From the NCBI GenBank assembly GCA_963712115.1, contig CAVQGX010000049.1:1-27621 (forward strand): a stretch of 27,621 bases of DNA, read 5' to 3'. The notes under the pieces are model-generated. The model ran no database searches, was not told the DNA's origin, and was given only the letters and a program-made list of their open reading frames with translations. The DNA is from an uncultured delta proteobacterium. Lineage in GTDB: Bacteria; Desulfobacterota; Syntrophobacteria; BM002. Shown piece after piece: positions 8,990-19,765 of this stretch (positions within the stretch are counted from its first letter, which is position 1; each line of letters opens with the position of its first letter). Position numbers and translations under genes: made by a program.

Positions 8990-10249
8990 ATGTCGGACTT
9001 GGAAAAAATAGATCCGCAAGTTGCAGAAGCAATCCGGCTGGAGGAGGAGAGGCAACTTCAAAGGCTGGAGCTCATCGCCTCGGAAAATTTTGCTAGCCCG
9101 GCGGTCAGGGAGGCACAGGGCAGTGTTTTGACCAACAAATATGCGGAGGGCTACCCCGGCCACAGATATTACGGTGGGTGCGAATTTGTCGATACAGCCG
9201 AAAGTCTGGCCATTTCCAGGGCAAAGGAGCTATTTGCAGCTGAATACGCCAATGTCCAGCCCCACTCAGGTTCCCAAGCTAATATGGCAGTCTTTTTCGC
9301 GGTTCTACAGCCGGGAGAAACTATTATGGGGATGGACTTGCGGCACGGAGGCCATCTTACCCACGGCAGCCCAGTCAATTTCTCAGGTAGGCTGTACAAT
9401 GTAATTTCTTATGGGGTGAACCGAGAGACCGAAACTATTGACCTGGAACAGGTCGAGCGACTGGCGAGAGAACACCGTCCCAAACTGATTATTGCCGGTG
9501 CGAGCGCCTATCCTCGGAGCATTGACTTCGGTTTTTTTCAGAAGGTATGCGAGAACATCGGTGCTTACTTTATGGTGGACATGGCCCACATAGCTGGACT
9601 GGTAGCTGCTGGGGTTCATCCTAGCCCTGTTCCCCACAGTGACTTCGTCACTTCCACCACCCACAAGACTCTCAGAGGACCTAGAGGGGGCCTTATACTT
9701 GCTAGGCAGAGCCACGCCGACAAGCTCAATAAAGGGATTTTCCCCGGCATACAGGGTGGGCCACTCATGCATGTCATAGCCGCAAAGGCAGTGGCGTTCA
9801 AGGAGGCCTTGAGTGCCGAGTTTCGCAATTACCAGAGGCAGATAGTGAGCAATGCTAGACGATTAGCAGCGGAGTTGCTGGAGAAGGGCTACCGCCTGGT
9901 CTCTGGGGGGACAGACAACCATCTGATGCTTGTTGATTTAAGGAAAAACGGGCTGACCGGTGCCCAAGCTGAAATCACCCTGGACAAGGCGTGGATTACC
10001 GTCAACAAGAACAGCATTCCATTTGATCCGGAAAAGCCGGCTGTCACCAGCGGCATCCGGGTAGGGACCCCTGCAGTGACTTCACGAGGGATGGAAGAGG
10101 AGGATATGGCCGCAATAGCTCAGTTTATTCACCAGGCCCTGGAAGCTCACGAGGATGCCGATGGCATAGAGAGGGTGCGACGGCAGGTTGCCGATTTCTG
10201 TTCCCAGTTCCCTCTTCATAAACCCGTATACGAGAGGGAGGGAAGCTGA
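8990..10249 (+). CDS. glyA: Serine hydroxymethyltransferase
   Basis: [25 protein letters not shown] lysine in [15 protein letters not shown] 8990 preferred (GAGG upstream). Confidence 0.97.
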   Translation: MSDLEKIDPQVAEAIRLEEERQLQRLELIASENFASPAVREAQGSVLTNKYAEGYPGHRYYGGCEFVDTAESLAISRAKELFAAEYANVQPHSGSQANMAVFFAVLQPGETIMGMDLRHGGHLTHGSPVNFSGRLYNVISYGVNRETETIDLEQVERLAREHRPKLIIAGASAYPRSIDFGFFQKVCENIGAYFMVDMAHIAGLVAAGVHPSPVPHSDFVTSTTHKTLRGPRGGLILARQSHADKLNKGIFPGIQGGPLMHVIAAKAVAFKEALSAEFRNYQRQIVSNARRLAAELLEKGYRLVSGGTDNHLMLVDLRKNGLTGAQAEITLDKAWITVNKNSIPFDPEKPAVTSGIRVGTPAVTSRGMEEEDMAAIAQFIHQALEAHEDADGIERVRRQVADFCSQFPLHKPVYEREGS

Positions 10250-10252
10250 GTT

Positions 10253-10717
10253 ATGAAGCGGCCGAGTTGGGATGCCTATTTCATGGAGATCACTGGGTTG
10301 GTGGCTCAGCGTTCTACCTGCCTTCGTCGTAAAGTGGGAGCCTTGCTGGTAAAAGATAAAAGGATATTGGCAACCGGATATAATGGTGCTCCTTCGGGAC
10401 TGCCGCACTGTCTAGACGTGGGTTGCATGCGGGAGCAAAACAATATACCGTCAGGCCAACGGCATGAACTATGCCGCGGTCTGCATGCGGAACAGAATGT
10501 CATTATTCAAGCGGCCCGCTACGGAATACCTATTCAAGGCGCTACTCTGTATTGTACCACGCGACCATGTGTTATTTGCGCCAAGATGATCATTAATGCT
10601 AATATTATTGCTGTCTGCTTTGATGAAGGGTATGCTGACGAACTTTCCGACCAGATGCTGCAAGAGGCTGGCGTCAAGTTGGTCAAATGGAGATCGCCTG
10701 AGGGAGGTGGGGAATGA
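10253..10717 (+). CDS. dCMP deaminase/ComEB-family zinc deaminase
   Basis: [21 protein letters not shown] and PCVIC zinc motifs. Confidence 0.92.
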   Translation: MKRPSWDAYFMEITGLVAQRSTCLRRKVGALLVKDKRILATGYNGAPSGLPHCLDVGCMREQNNIPSGQRHELCRGLHAEQNVIIQAARYGIPIQGATLYCTTRPCVICAKMIINANIIAVCFDEGYADELSDQMLQEAGVKLVKWRSPEGGGE

Positions 10718-11172
10718 AGTGCCAATTCTGCGGTCACCCTAAAACTCGGGTGCTCGACTCCCGACCGGGAAAGGACAACAACCACATTCGGAGGCGGCGA
10801 CACTGCCCTCACTGCGACGGGAGGTTCACCACTTTCGAGAGGTTAGAAGACAACCTTGCTCTGGTGATCAAGCGTGACGGTCGTTTGGAGGTCTTTGACC
10901 GGAATAAAATTCTAAGTGCCATCAAACAATCGTGTACCAAGCTTCCCATAGGGGAAGACCACCTCAACAAGATAGTAGGATTCATAGAAAGCCGAATCCA
11001 AGATAGCCGACGACGTAAGCTGCGTAGTGAAGTTTTGGGAGATTGGGTTGCAGCCGCTTTGTATGAGATCCATCCCGCGGCTTACATACGTTACAGCATT
11101 GTGCACCGACAAATCCAGGATCTCCAAGACCTGCAAAGACTCTTAGAAGAGGAGTTAGGTCGGCAGGGGTAA
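10714..11172 (+). CDS. nrdR: Transcriptional repressor NrdR (divergent ATP cone)
   Basis: CQFC...DSR...[25 protein letters not shown]; conserved position before ribD. Confidence 0.9.
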   Translation: MKCQFCGHPKTRVLDSRPGKDNNHIRRRRHCPHCDGRFTTFERLEDNLALVIKRDGRLEVFDRNKILSAIKQSCTKLPIGEDHLNKIVGFIESRIQDSRRRKLRSEVLGDWVAAALYEIHPAAYIRYSIVHRQIQDLQDLQRLLEEELGRQG

Positions 11173-11198
11173 AGAGTTGCGGCTGAAAAGCGAAAACA

Positions 11199-12374
11199 GT
11201 GAGCAAGCAGGGATCTTTGACAAAAGAAGATGAACAGTTCATGAGGCTAGCCCTCCGTTTAGCCGCCCGTGGCACTGGGCACACTTCCCCTAACCCCATG
11301 GTGGGGGCGGTAGTGGTAAAGGGCGGCCAAGTGGTGGGAAAGGGTTACCATCGGAAAGCAGGCAGCCCTCATGCAGAGATACATGCCCTGGAAAATGCTG
11401 GCGGCCAGGCAAAATCTGCTACCCTGTACGTGACCCTGGAGCCTTGCCACCATAGGGGCCGGACTCCGCCTTGCACTGAGGTAATTGTTCGCAGCGGGGT
11501 TCGTCGGGTGGTGGTTGGATGCGGCGATCCGAATCCTCGGGTTGCCGGCGGTGGGGCCGAGTATCTTCGAGGGCAGGGAATCCTCGTAGATGTGGGTATC
11601 CTCGAGGAAAGGTGTCTTCGACTAAATGAACCGTTCATCAAGCACGTGACCACTGGCCTGCCCTTGGTAATTGCCAAGATGGCGGCCAGTTTAGATGGTA
11701 AAATTGCCACCCATCTAGGTGATTCCCACTGGATTTCCAGCGAGCGCTCGCGGCGGTTCGTCCACAAGCTGCGTCAGGCGGTGGATGCTATACTGGTGGG
11801 GGTCGGGACGGTTGTTGCTGACAATCCCAAGCTTACCACTCGCCTTTCCGGAAGGAAGGGTAATAATCCTCTCCGAGTAATTTTGGACACCCACCTGAGG
11901 ACTCCGGTCGACAGTCTGGTTGCTAGTCAGACCAAGGAAGCTCCGACTATCATTGCCACTGGACCAAAACCATATCACAAAAGAAGGGAAGCATTGGAAG
12001 GGAAGGGGGTAGAGGTCTTGTCTCTACCGCTGGCGCGAGGGCGTGTGTCACTGCCCGAGCTACTGGAACATCTGGGCAATCGCGACATCACCAGCCTTCT
12101 GGTGGAAGGTGGGGCTGAGGTTCACGGGAGTTTTTTTTATGACAATCTTGTTGATAAAGTGTATCTTTTCTTTGCGCCGAAAATAATTGGTGGCAATAGG
12201 GCTGTTCCCATGGTAGGAGGTGTCGGAGTTGGAAGCGTAGCCGAGGCTTTACCTCTGAGGGATCTTAGAATTCGCCGATTCGACGATGATATAATGGTTG
12301 AAGGGTACATGAAAGACTCAGCGCTATTTAAAACAATATCAGCCAGGGGAGGTTCAGCGGGTACTTCGCGATGA
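11199..12374 (+). CDS. ribD: Bifunctional diaminohydroxyphosphoribosylaminopyrimidine deaminase/reductase
   Basis: PNPMVG, HAE, LEPCHHRGRTPPC, SLDGKIA, VEGG. Confidence 0.96.
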   Translation: MSKQGSLTKEDEQFMRLALRLAARGTGHTSPNPMVGAVVVKGGQVVGKGYHRKAGSPHAEIHALENAGGQAKSATLYVTLEPCHHRGRTPPCTEVIVRSGVRRVVVGCGDPNPRVAGGGAEYLRGQGILVDVGILEERCLRLNEPFIKHVTTGLPLVIAKMAASLDGKIATHLGDSHWISSERSRRFVHKLRQAVDAILVGVGTVVADNPKLTTRLSGRKGNNPLRVILDTHLRTPVDSLVASQTKEAPTIIATGPKPYHKRREALEGKGVEVLSLPLARGRVSLPELLEHLGNRDITSLLVEGGAEVHGSFFYDNLVDKVYLFFAPKIIGGNRAVPMVGGVGVGSVAEALPLRDLRIRRFDDDIMVEGYMKDSALFKTISARGGSAGTSR

Positions 12375-12407
12375 AATACTACGCTAAGAGCTCGATGGCG
12401 CTTCGTC

Positions 12408-12504
12408 GGAGTGATGGAGTATTGGAGTATTGGAGTGTTGGGAAGATTTTCCTGAAAAGGTTTCTATCTGCATTACTCCAGTACTCCACTACTCCAGTAC
12501 TCCA
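12408..12504. repeat. Inverted pair of 8-bp tandem arrays (GGAGTRTT / NTACTCCA)
   Basis: ggagtgat ggagtatt ggagtatt ggagtgtt (12408-12439) versus ttactcca gtactcca ctactcca gtactcca (12473-12504). Confidence 0.95.
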
Positions 12505-12591
12505 AAGGTGTCGGCTTCAAACACAAAACTGAAGCCGAGGGAAATATGGCTCGGAAAAGATAATCGGCCTTTTGCCTCGGGGAGAAAAAAC

Positions 12592-13239
12592 ATGTTCACC
12601 GGGTTAATTGAGGGAATCGGCAAACTAGTAAAAATAGAGCCACGAGGCAAAGACATGCGTCTGAGCATAGAGGCTGGCTTTGAACTGGATGGACTTCAGG
12701 ATGGCGAGAGTGTCTCGGTGAACGGCGTTTGCCTCACCGTGGTATCTTGGAAAGGAAGAACTTTTACGGCAGACGTTTCTCAAGAGACCTTGAGCCGGAC
12801 CACCATTTCCCGGATACGGCTAGGTGATGAAGTCAATCTTGAACGGGCCCTCAGACTCGGAGACCGGCTTGGCGGTCACCTAGTCAACGGCCATGTGGAC
12901 GGCAGGGCCAGAGTGATCTCCCGGAGGAAGAGGGGTGATTCTATTGTGTTTGCATTCGAGGTGGCCCCTGAACTCGCTCGCTACTTCATTGAAAAAGGAT
13001 CTGTGGCAATAGACGGCGTAAGTCTCACAGTAAACCGCTGCGACGAAAAGAGTTTTGAAGTAAACTTGGTGCCTCACACCGCCCGAGTGACTAACATGGG
13101 GAATTTAAAGGTAGGCGACGAGGTTAACATAGAAGTTGATGTAATAGGCAAATACGTGGAGAAATTTGTTCGTGCCATGCAAAGGAATACTTCTGATGGT
13201 GTGGATACTGATTTTTTGGCAAAGCACGGGTTCATCTAG
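12592..13239 (+). CDS. ribE: Riboflavin synthase (alpha-chain type)
   Basis: Canonical N-terminus MFTGLIE at ATG 12592 with GGGAG RBS; NGVCLTV, VNLERAL, GGHLVNGHVD. Confidence 0.96.
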   Translation: MFTGLIEGIGKLVKIEPRGKDMRLSIEAGFELDGLQDGESVSVNGVCLTVVSWKGRTFTADVSQETLSRTTISRIRLGDEVNLERALRLGDRLGGHLVNGHVDGRARVISRRKRGDSIVFAFEVAPELARYFIEKGSVAIDGVSLTVNRCDEKSFEVNLVPHTARVTNMGNLKVGDEVNIEVDVIGKYVEKFVRAMQRNTSDGVDTDFLAKHGFI

Positions 13240-13315
13240 TATGTTTCCTGTTGTTCGGGGGCGGTTATTCCCAGCGCCGTGTTTTTCATAGGTGACGTTC
13301 ACAGTTGGGAGCAAG

Positions 13316-13441
13316 GTTCAGCCGGTTATCCGGTTGAGCCTGTTTAGCCCGTAAGCAGTTTACTTCTGTAAATTAGTCGTTGGCCATTGCTAGCAAGTCG
13401 TTGTCCGACTAAACTGGCAAAACTGGCCAAACCGGCTAAAC
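13316..13441. repeat. Inverted pair of 9-bp tandem arrays (GTTTAGCCN / NGGCTAAAC)
   Basis: gttcagccg gttatccg gttgagcct gtttagccc (13316-13350) versus cgactaaac tggcaaaac tggccaaac cggctaaac (13406-13441). Confidence 0.9.
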
Positions 13442-13463
13442 TTAAAGAATTGGAGTTAATGAA

Positions 13464-14696
13464 ATGCCAACCGCGAGAATTGCTGAGGCTCTGGAAGAGA
13501 TCAGAGAAGGTAAAATGGTCATCCTGGTAGATGATGAGGACCGGGAGAACGAGGGTGATCTCTGCATGGCTGCGGAGAAGGCAACCCCGGAGGCCGTAAA
13601 CTTTATGGCAAGGTATGGCAGGGGGTTGATCTGCCTGTCTTTGATTGAGGAAAAGGTCGAGCAACTGCAGCTGCCTATGATGGTTTCCAACAACCAGTCA
13701 AGATTTGGGACTGCTTTTACCGTCTCCATCGAGGCCCGGCGAGGGGTGACCACGGGCATCTCGGCAGCTGATCGGGCCACCACCATTATAACAGCGGTGG
13801 CGGATGAGACTAAGCCAGAGGATCTAGTCAGTCCGGGACACGTTTTCCCTCTGCGAGCTCGCAAAGGGGGTGTCTTGGTGAGAACCGGCCAAACCGAAGG
13901 TTCTGTTGATCTGGCAAGGCTGGCAGGTCTGACCCCTGCAGGGGTCATCTGTGAGGTGATGAAAGACGACGGCACCATGGCTAGGATGCCGGATCTGGAG
14001 GTGTTTGCCGAGGAACACGGCCTAAGAATTGTCACCATAGCTGATATCATTGAGTACCGCATGCGTAATGAGAGTTTCGTGCATCGGGCGGCCACTACAT
14101 TGCTTCCCTCAGTTCATGGCGGTGAATTTGTTGCTATCGCTTACACCAATGATATCGATACTAGTCAGCATATAGCTCTAGTTAAAGGTGAGATAAACTC
14201 GGATGAAGAGGTACTAGTGCGGGTTCACTCCGAATGTCTTACCGGCGACAGCTTGGGTTCTCTACGCTGCGACTGTGGAGATCAGCTACACCGGGCCATG
14301 GAAATGGTAAATGACGAAGGCAAGGGCATAGTTTTATACATAACCAATCACGAAGGCCGGGGCATTGGTCTGGTCAACAAGCTCAGGTCATATGCACTTC
14401 AAGATCAAGGCAAGGATACGGTTGAGGCCAATGAGGCTCTGGGGTTTAAAGCCGACCTCAGGGAATATGGCATAGGTGCCCAGATTCTGGTGGATCTTGG
14501 GGTTAGAAAAATGCGGCTCATGACCAATAATCCAAAAAAGATCGTTGGTCTAGAGGGTTACGGCATCACCATAACTGAACGAGTTCCCATAGAGATTGCG
14601 CCTAACCCCTGTAACCTTGATTATTTGAAAACCAAGTGTTCAAAGATGGGTCATCTGATAGACCTGGCTGGAGAAAAAGAAAAGGAAAACTATTAG
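13464..14696 (+). CDS. ribBA: Bifunctional DHBP synthase / GTP cyclohydrolase II
   Basis: [39 protein letters not shown]. Confidence 0.97.
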   Translation: MPTARIAEALEEIREGKMVILVDDEDRENEGDLCMAAEKATPEAVNFMARYGRGLICLSLIEEKVEQLQLPMMVSNNQSRFGTAFTVSIEARRGVTTGISAADRATTIITAVADETKPEDLVSPGHVFPLRARKGGVLVRTGQTEGSVDLARLAGLTPAGVICEVMKDDGTMARMPDLEVFAEEHGLRIVTIADIIEYRMRNESFVHRAATTLLPSVHGGEFVAIAYTNDIDTSQHIALVKGEINSDEEVLVRVHSECLTGDSLGSLRCDCGDQLHRAMEMVNDEGKGIVLYITNHEGRGIGLVNKLRSYALQDQGKDTVEANEALGFKADLREYGIGAQILVDLGVRKMRLMTNNPKKIVGLEGYGITITERVPIEIAPNPCNLDYLKTKCSKMGHLIDLAGEKEKENY

Positions 14697-14764
14697 TCCT
14701 AATCTTGGGCGAACTCTAAATCCTATTATTTTTAACTGACGGTTATTGTTTGGCAAAGGCACTA

Positions 14765-14869
14765 TGGAGTATTGGAGTGATGGAGAATGGAGTAATGGTA
14801 AAAACGATTAAAAAATTAGGAATCTTCCACTACTCCAACACTCCAGTAATCCAATATTCCAGTACTCCA
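14765..14869. repeat. Inverted pair of 8-bp tandem arrays (TGGAGTRW / CCANTACT), same family as 12408-12504
   Basis: tggagtat tggagtga tggagaa tggagtaa tgg (14765-14798) versus ccactact ccaacact ccagtaat ccaatatt ccagtact cca (14827-14869). Confidence 0.95.
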
Positions 14870-14936
14870 AATCGAAATAGGAAAACTGGCCGCTATTGGG
14901 CCGGATGAGGAGTTTGGTGAGAAAAGGGAGGTTAAA

Positions 14937-15404
14937 ATGCCAAAAATAGTTGAGGGCAAGCTAGAGGCGAAAGGACTGAAATTTGCCGTGATAGTAAGCC
15001 GTTTCAATGACTTCATTTGCGACCGACTATTGGGGGGCGCCTTGGACGCCTTGCTGAGGAACGGTGCTAAAGAATCGGACATCCAGGTGGTTAAGGTTCC
15101 CGGTTCTTGGGAAATTCCTCTTGTCTCCAAAAAGCTGGCTGAGCTGAAAAAATATGACGCCATTATCTGTCTCGGAGCTGTAATTCGTGGTTCCACCCCT
15201 CATTTTGAATATGTAAGTGCCGAAGTTTCCAAAGGAATAGCTGCTGTAGGTCTGGAACAGTCAGTGCCCATAACTTTTGGCGTTCTTACAACCGACAGCC
15301 TAGAACAGGCCATTGAACGGGCTGGTACCAAAGCGGGTAACAAGGGCTTTGAGGCAGCTCAGGCAGCCATAGAAATGGCTAATTTAATGAGGCAGCTAGG
15401 GTAG
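14937..15404 (+). CDS. ribH: 6,7-dimethyl-8-ribityllumazine synthase
   Basis: [38 protein letters not shown]. Confidence 0.97.
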   Translation: MPKIVEGKLEAKGLKFAVIVSRFNDFICDRLLGGALDALLRNGAKESDIQVVKVPGSWEIPLVSKKLAELKKYDAIICLGAVIRGSTPHFEYVSAEVSKGIAAVGLEQSVPITFGVLTTDSLEQAIERAGTKAGNKGFEAAQAAIEMANLMRQLG

Positions 15405-15419
15405 AAAGGTAGTTATCGA

Positions 15420-15565
15420 CTTTGACCTGTTTAGCCCGTTTTGTCTGTTTTACCGGTTTAGCCAGTTTAGTCAGTTTAGCCAGTTGAAATAGACGAGTCT
15501 AAGCTATTTGACAGGCTCAACCGACTTAACTGGCCTAACCGACCCAACCGGCCTAACTGGCTAAC
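15420..15565. repeat. Inverted pair of 9-bp tandem arrays, same family as 13316-13441
   Basis: gtttagccc gttttgtct gttttaccg gtttagcca gtttagtca gtttagcca (15429-15482) versus aggctcaac cgacttaac tggcctaac cgacccaac cggcctaac tggctaac (15513-15565). Confidence 0.95.
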
Positions 15566-15643
15566 CTTATTTGTATGTTGAAAACGCTCAGTTGGCCATC
15601 GGTTTATCGGGTATTTAGTGAAAAGGAGCTCTGCTAAGATCCT

Positions 15644-16132
15644 ATGAGTAGCCGACGCCGTTCTCGAGAAATGGCCATCCAGGTGCTTTACCAAGTTGAC
15701 ATGGCCCAAAGTGACCTTGCTGAAGCCCTGAGATTATTCTGCGAGCATTTTAGAGCTCCCGAAGCGATCAGAGATTTTGCCTTTGAACTTGCCAGGGGAG
15801 CACACGAGCATCGAGAGGAAGTCGATACCTTAATCAAGCGTTTTTCAGAGCACTGGCGCCTGGAGCGCATGCCAACCGTTGACCGGAATATTCTCCGACT
15901 TGCCATTTATGAACTTCTCTATCGGCCTGATATTCCAGCCAAGGTTTCTATAAACGAGGCGGTGGATCTGGGGAAGAAATACGGGTCGGAGGATTCGGGG
16001 TCATTCATAAACGGCATCCTGGACAGAATTCGTTTGCACCTGGAGGGGGGAGAACAAGCATTAGACCCTATGCGAGAGGATGGACTTGAGGAGTCGCGTC
16101 GGAATTGTCAGAGAGCGGAAAATACCAAGTAG
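15644..16132 (+). CDS. nusB: Transcription antitermination factor NusB
   Basis: RRRSRE.AIQVLY, WRLERM..VDRNILRLA, SINEAV, FINGILD. Confidence 0.96.
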   Translation: MSSRRRSREMAIQVLYQVDMAQSDLAEALRLFCEHFRAPEAIRDFAFELARGAHEHREEVDTLIKRFSEHWRLERMPTVDRNILRLAIYELLYRPDIPAKVSINEAVDLGKKYGSEDSGSFINGILDRIRLHLEGGEQALDPMREDGLEESRRNCQRAENTK

Positions 16133-16192
16133 GTTCGGCTGTTCTGCTCTCGGCGGCTCCATACGGTTAAGTGGGTGGCTCCGTTAAGCGGC

Positions 16193-16342
16193 TGACGCGG
16201 AGACACGGGGACACGGCGAATCGGAGAGTGCTTGATCATAAAACAGGTGGGCAGCGTCAGCTTCAGTGATATTTCTAAGCGTGAGTTTTCTTCATAGAAT
16301 CCATATCTCACCGCGTCGCCCTATCGCCGAGTCTCCGTGTCA
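16193..16342. repeat. Inverted pair of 8-bp tandem arrays (NGACACGG / CCGNGTCN)
   Basis: tgacgcgg agacacgg ggacacgg cgaatcgg (16193-16224) versus ccgcgtcg ccctatcg ccgagtct ccgtgtca (16311-16342). Confidence 0.9.
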
Positions 16343-16412
16343 GTTTGTAATTAGTTGGCGGGCTAACAAAAGTGGACGAAAGTTGAAAGTAAGCAGGTAG
16401 TCGGGGGAAACC

Positions 16413-19004
16413 ATGGAGGCCAAATACGATCCGAGGGAGATCGAGCCCAAATGGCAGCGGATTTGGGAGGAACAGCGTATTTTTTATGTAAGCGAAGATG
16501 CAAGCAAACCGAAATATTACCTCCTAGAGATGTTTCCCTATCCATCAGGACGCATCCACATGGGACACGTGCGAAACTACACGATTGGTGATGTAGTTGG
16601 TCGTTACAAGACCATGCGTGGATTCAACGTGATTCACCCAATGGGCTGGGATGCCTTCGGCATGCCTGCGGAAAACGCTGCTATCAAGGCCAGGATCCAC
16701 CCGGCTACCTGGACATACAACAATATTGACCAAATGAAAGCACAGCTGAAACAAATGGGATTCAGCTATGACTGGAGCAGAGAACTGGCCACCTGCGATG
16801 TCTCCTACTATCGATGGGAGCAGTTAATGTTCCTAAAGATGTATGAACGGGGTCTGGCATACCGGGCAGAGGCTTACGTGAATTGGTGCTCGACTTGCCA
16901 GACTGTGCTAGCCAACGAACAGGTGGAGGCCGGCCTCTGTTGGCGTTGCAGCCAAGAGGTGGAACAGAAAGAGATGTCTCAGTGGTTTCTCAAGATCACA
17001 GATTATGCTGACGAGTTGCTGGAATATTGTGACCGTCTGTCGGGTTGGCCAGAACGGGTGCTAACCATGCAGCGCAATTGGATCGGAAAAAGCCACGGGG
17101 CCATTATCCATTTTCCCCTGGAAGATTCGGCTGAACCCATAAAGGTTTTCACCACGAGGCAAGATACGGTATTTGGCGCGACCTTTATGAGTCTTGCCGT
17201 GGAACATCCTCTGTCCTTAAAACTATGCCGAGGCAGACCAGAGGAAGGAGCAGTCAAACAATTCATCGAGAAGACCAAGCGCATACAGAGAAGTGAGAGA
17301 ACTTCTGAGTTCTTTGATAAAGAAGGTGTCTTTACCGGAGCCTACTGTCGTAATCCCATGACTGGTGTGCGGATGCCCATCTATGTTGCTAATTTTGTGC
17401 TAATGGAATATGGCACAGGGGCGGTGATGGCGGTGCCCACCCATGATCAGCGGGATTTTGAATTTGCCCAAGCCTACAATCTACCCTTGAAGGTGGTAGT
17501 TAACCCTGTCGGCGGTGAGCTTGACGCTGACAGCATGGAACAGGCTTTCGAAGAAGATGGGATTCTCGTCAATTCCGGCGAGTTCAGTGGAATGGATAGT
17601 GGTGCAGCTAGGAAAGCCATTAACGAGCACCTGGAGTTAAAAGGGCTGGGTGAAGAGTCGATCACCTATAGACTGCGCGATTGGCTCATTTCTAGGCAGC
17701 GTTACTGGGGTGCCCCCATTCCCATGATTTACTGTGACAGTTGCGGCATAGTGCCAGTGCCCGAGAAAGATCTCCCGGTGGTCCTACCCCTGGACGCCAG
17801 TCTCACGCCCGCAGGCGGCACCCCGCTGCCAACACTCAAGGAATTTGTAGAGACCGTCTGTCCTAAATGTGGGGACGATGCCAGGCGGGAGGCAGACACT
17901 ATGGACACATTTGTAGAATCATCTTGGTATTTCAACCGCTACACCTGTCCAGAATACGAGGAGGGACCCCTAGACAAGGCAAGAAATGATTACTGGATGC
18001 CAGTCGACCAATACATAGGTGGTATTGAGCATGCGGTACTCCATCTGCTTTACTCGAGGTTTTTTACTAAGGTGCTCAGAGATATGGGAATGGTGAGTCA
18101 GGACGAGCCTTTTGTCAACCTTTTGACCCAGGGGATGGTCTGCAAGGAGACTCTCCGCTGCTCAGAGCACGGTTGGCTTGATCCGCATGATGTTATCGAA
18201 GAGGGAGCGGATGTTCTTAGCTGCCGTAAATGCGGAAACCAAGCAGAGGTAGGCCGCAAGGAGAAGATGTCCAAATCCAAGGGTAACGTAGTTGACCCGG
18301 GGGATTTGATTGAACGTTTCGGTGCAGATACGGTGAGACTTTTCTGCCTTTTTGCCTCGCCTCCTGAAAAGGACCTGGAGTGGAGCGATCGGGGGGTGGA
18401 GGGCAGTGCTCGATTCCTCAACCGGCTGTGGCGCATGGTCTACGAGGAGCACGAGCAGCTCCGCAGTGTTTCTCCCCGTGATAGCAGTGAGCCTTTGGCA
18501 GGGGAGCTGAGGGCTTTGCATCGTAAGACCCATCAGACCATCAAGAGAGTCACCGATGATATTGAGCAGCGGTTTCATTTCAACACCGCCATCAGTGCGG
18601 TAATGGAGCTGGTGAATGCCATTTACCAATTCCGTTCGGAAAATGGACACGGCCCGGAGGCTTTTCCCGTTTTGCGGTTTGCAGTGGATACAGCTGTAGT
18701 TCTGATCTCTCCCATGGTACCGCACCTTGCAGAAGAGTTGTGGCAGGCCCTGGGGCATGAGAGAAGGGTGGTGCAAGAACCTTGGCCGGAGTGGGATGAA
18801 GAAGCAGCGTCAGAGGAGATGCAACTCATTGTGGTGCAAGTTAACGGTAGACTGCGAAGTCGCATCTATGTATCGCCCAGCGCCTCGAATGAAGAACTCG
18901 AGAAAGCCGCACTATCTGATGAGAGGATAATTACATTTATTGGTGACAAACCTGTTCGCAAAGTGGTGGTGGTCCCCGGTAGGTTAGTTAATGTGGTGGT
19001 GTAG
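16413..19004 (+). CDS. leuS: Leucine--tRNA ligase
   Basis: [13 protein letters not shown] (HIGH), editing domain [27 protein letters not shown]. Confidence 0.98.
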   Translation: MEAKYDPREIEPKWQRIWEEQRIFYVSEDASKPKYYLLEMFPYPSGRIHMGHVRNYTIGDVVGRYKTMRGFNVIHPMGWDAFGMPAENAAIKARIHPATWTYNNIDQMKAQLKQMGFSYDWSRELATCDVSYYRWEQLMFLKMYERGLAYRAEAYVNWCSTCQTVLANEQVEAGLCWRCSQEVEQKEMSQWFLKITDYADELLEYCDRLSGWPERVLTMQRNWIGKSHGAIIHFPLEDSAEPIKVFTTRQDTVFGATFMSLAVEHPLSLKLCRGRPEEGAVKQFIEKTKRIQRSERTSEFFDKEGVFTGAYCRNPMTGVRMPIYVANFVLMEYGTGAVMAVPTHDQRDFEFAQAYNLPLKVVVNPVGGELDADSMEQAFEEDGILVNSGEFSGMDSGAARKAINEHLELKGLGEESITYRLRDWLISRQRYWGAPIPMIYCDSCGIVPVPEKDLPVVLPLDASLTPAGGTPLPTLKEFVETVCPKCGDDARREADTMDTFVESSWYFNRYTCPEYEEGPLDKARNDYWMPVDQYIGGIEHAVLHLLYSRFFTKVLRDMGMVSQDEPFVNLLTQGMVCKETLRCSEHGWLDPHDVIEEGADVLSCRKCGNQAEVGRKEKMSKSKGNVVDPGDLIERFGADTVRLFCLFASPPEKDLEWSDRGVEGSARFLNRLWRMVYEEHEQLRSVSPRDSSEPLAGELRALHRKTHQTIKRVTDDIEQRFHFNTAISAVMELVNAIYQFRSENGHGPEAFPVLRFAVDTAVVLISPMVPHLAEELWQALGHERRVVQEPWPEWDEEAASEEMQLIVVQVNGRLRSRIYVSPSASNEELEKAALSDERIITFIGDKPVRKVVVVPGRLVNVVV

Positions 19005-19007
19005 GTC

Positions 19008-19547
19008 ATGTCGAGTCGTGAGCGCAAATCCCCTTGTTCTAAATTAGCCCTGATGGTTGTTTGCCTAATAGTGCTTTCGCTGCTGGGGTGTGGTTATCAT
19101 TTTGCCGGTACCGGAGGTCAGGCTCCTGGTGATATTAAGAGCATTTCTGTTGATGTTTTGCAGAATAATACAGCTGAGATCGGGCTCGGAAACGTATTTA
19201 CCAATGCCATTATCAACCAATTTGTCCGGTGGAAAAAACTACCGATAAAGCCCCACAAAGAGGCCGACGGAGTTTTGGGCGGTAGCATAGCCGACATCCA
19301 GTTCCAGGAGGTCAGCCACGTCGACTCTAAAAAGACCCTAACTACTCGGGTGACGATCACCCTGAAACTCACACTTAAGCGGGTTGAGACAGATGAGATT
19401 CTTTGGAAGAGAAACTATAGCTACTATGAGGATTATGTTGAGACGGGTAATGCTCTAGATACTGCCTTACTAAGGCGCCGAGCCGCTACTCAAATAGCGG
19501 AGTATTTGGCCGAAAAGATATATATGGACATGTTTGAAGAGTTCTAG
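19008..19547 (+). CDS. lptE: LPS-assembly lipoprotein LptE family
   Basis: Hydrophobic signal ending in lipobox LLGC-GYHF; conserved position after leuS. Confidence 0.8.
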   Translation: MSSRERKSPCSKLALMVVCLIVLSLLGCGYHFAGTGGQAPGDIKSISVDVLQNNTAEIGLGNVFTNAIINQFVRWKKLPIKPHKEADGVLGGSIADIQFQEVSHVDSKKTLTTRVTITLKLTLKRVETDEILWKRNYSYYEDYVETGNALDTALLRRRAATQIAEYLAEKIYMDMFEEF

Positions 19548-19765
19548 TCCGTTGTCTATAGTCAGTAGTCCCTTGTTGAACACTTGTAAGATGATTGAGG
19601 TCATGGGCAGCTGATTTCTCAGCCAAGGAAAATAGGAGAGAGGGATTTAGCTTGTCGAACAGCGCGTTGCCAGTAAAGAAAAAGAAAATACCTTGGTGAT
19701 GGGGTAGAGTGTTTGTCCTTGATTTAGCTCATTCACGAGAAAATAAATGCAACTGACAACGGACG
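19545..19765. repeat. Inverted pair of 7-bp arrays (TWGTCNN / CAACKGA) with ~170-bp spacer
   Basis: tagtccg ttgtcta tagtcag tagtccc (19545-19572) versus caactga caacgga c (19750-19764); GTCCGTTGTC pairs with GACAACGGAC. Confidence 0.7.

Noticed and set aside
12430-12591. 54-aa N-terminal extension of riboflavin synthase in the ORF track
   Set aside because: It is translated repeat DNA; the enzyme starts at the conserved MFTG with its own RBS.
13250-13315. FMN riboswitch upstream of ribBA (TTCGGGGGCGGTTATTCCC resembles its 5' part)
   Set aside because: It lacks the GTGAAA T-loops and the conserved 3' elements; the resemblance is short.
16133-16412. T-box leader for leuS
   Set aside because: No T-box consensus or terminator was seen; the region is explained by the 8-bp inverted array.
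13442-18776. Long antisense ORFs (e.g. 13442-14095, 18162-18776)
   Set aside because: They are shadows of well-conserved sense genes, with no motifs or RBS.
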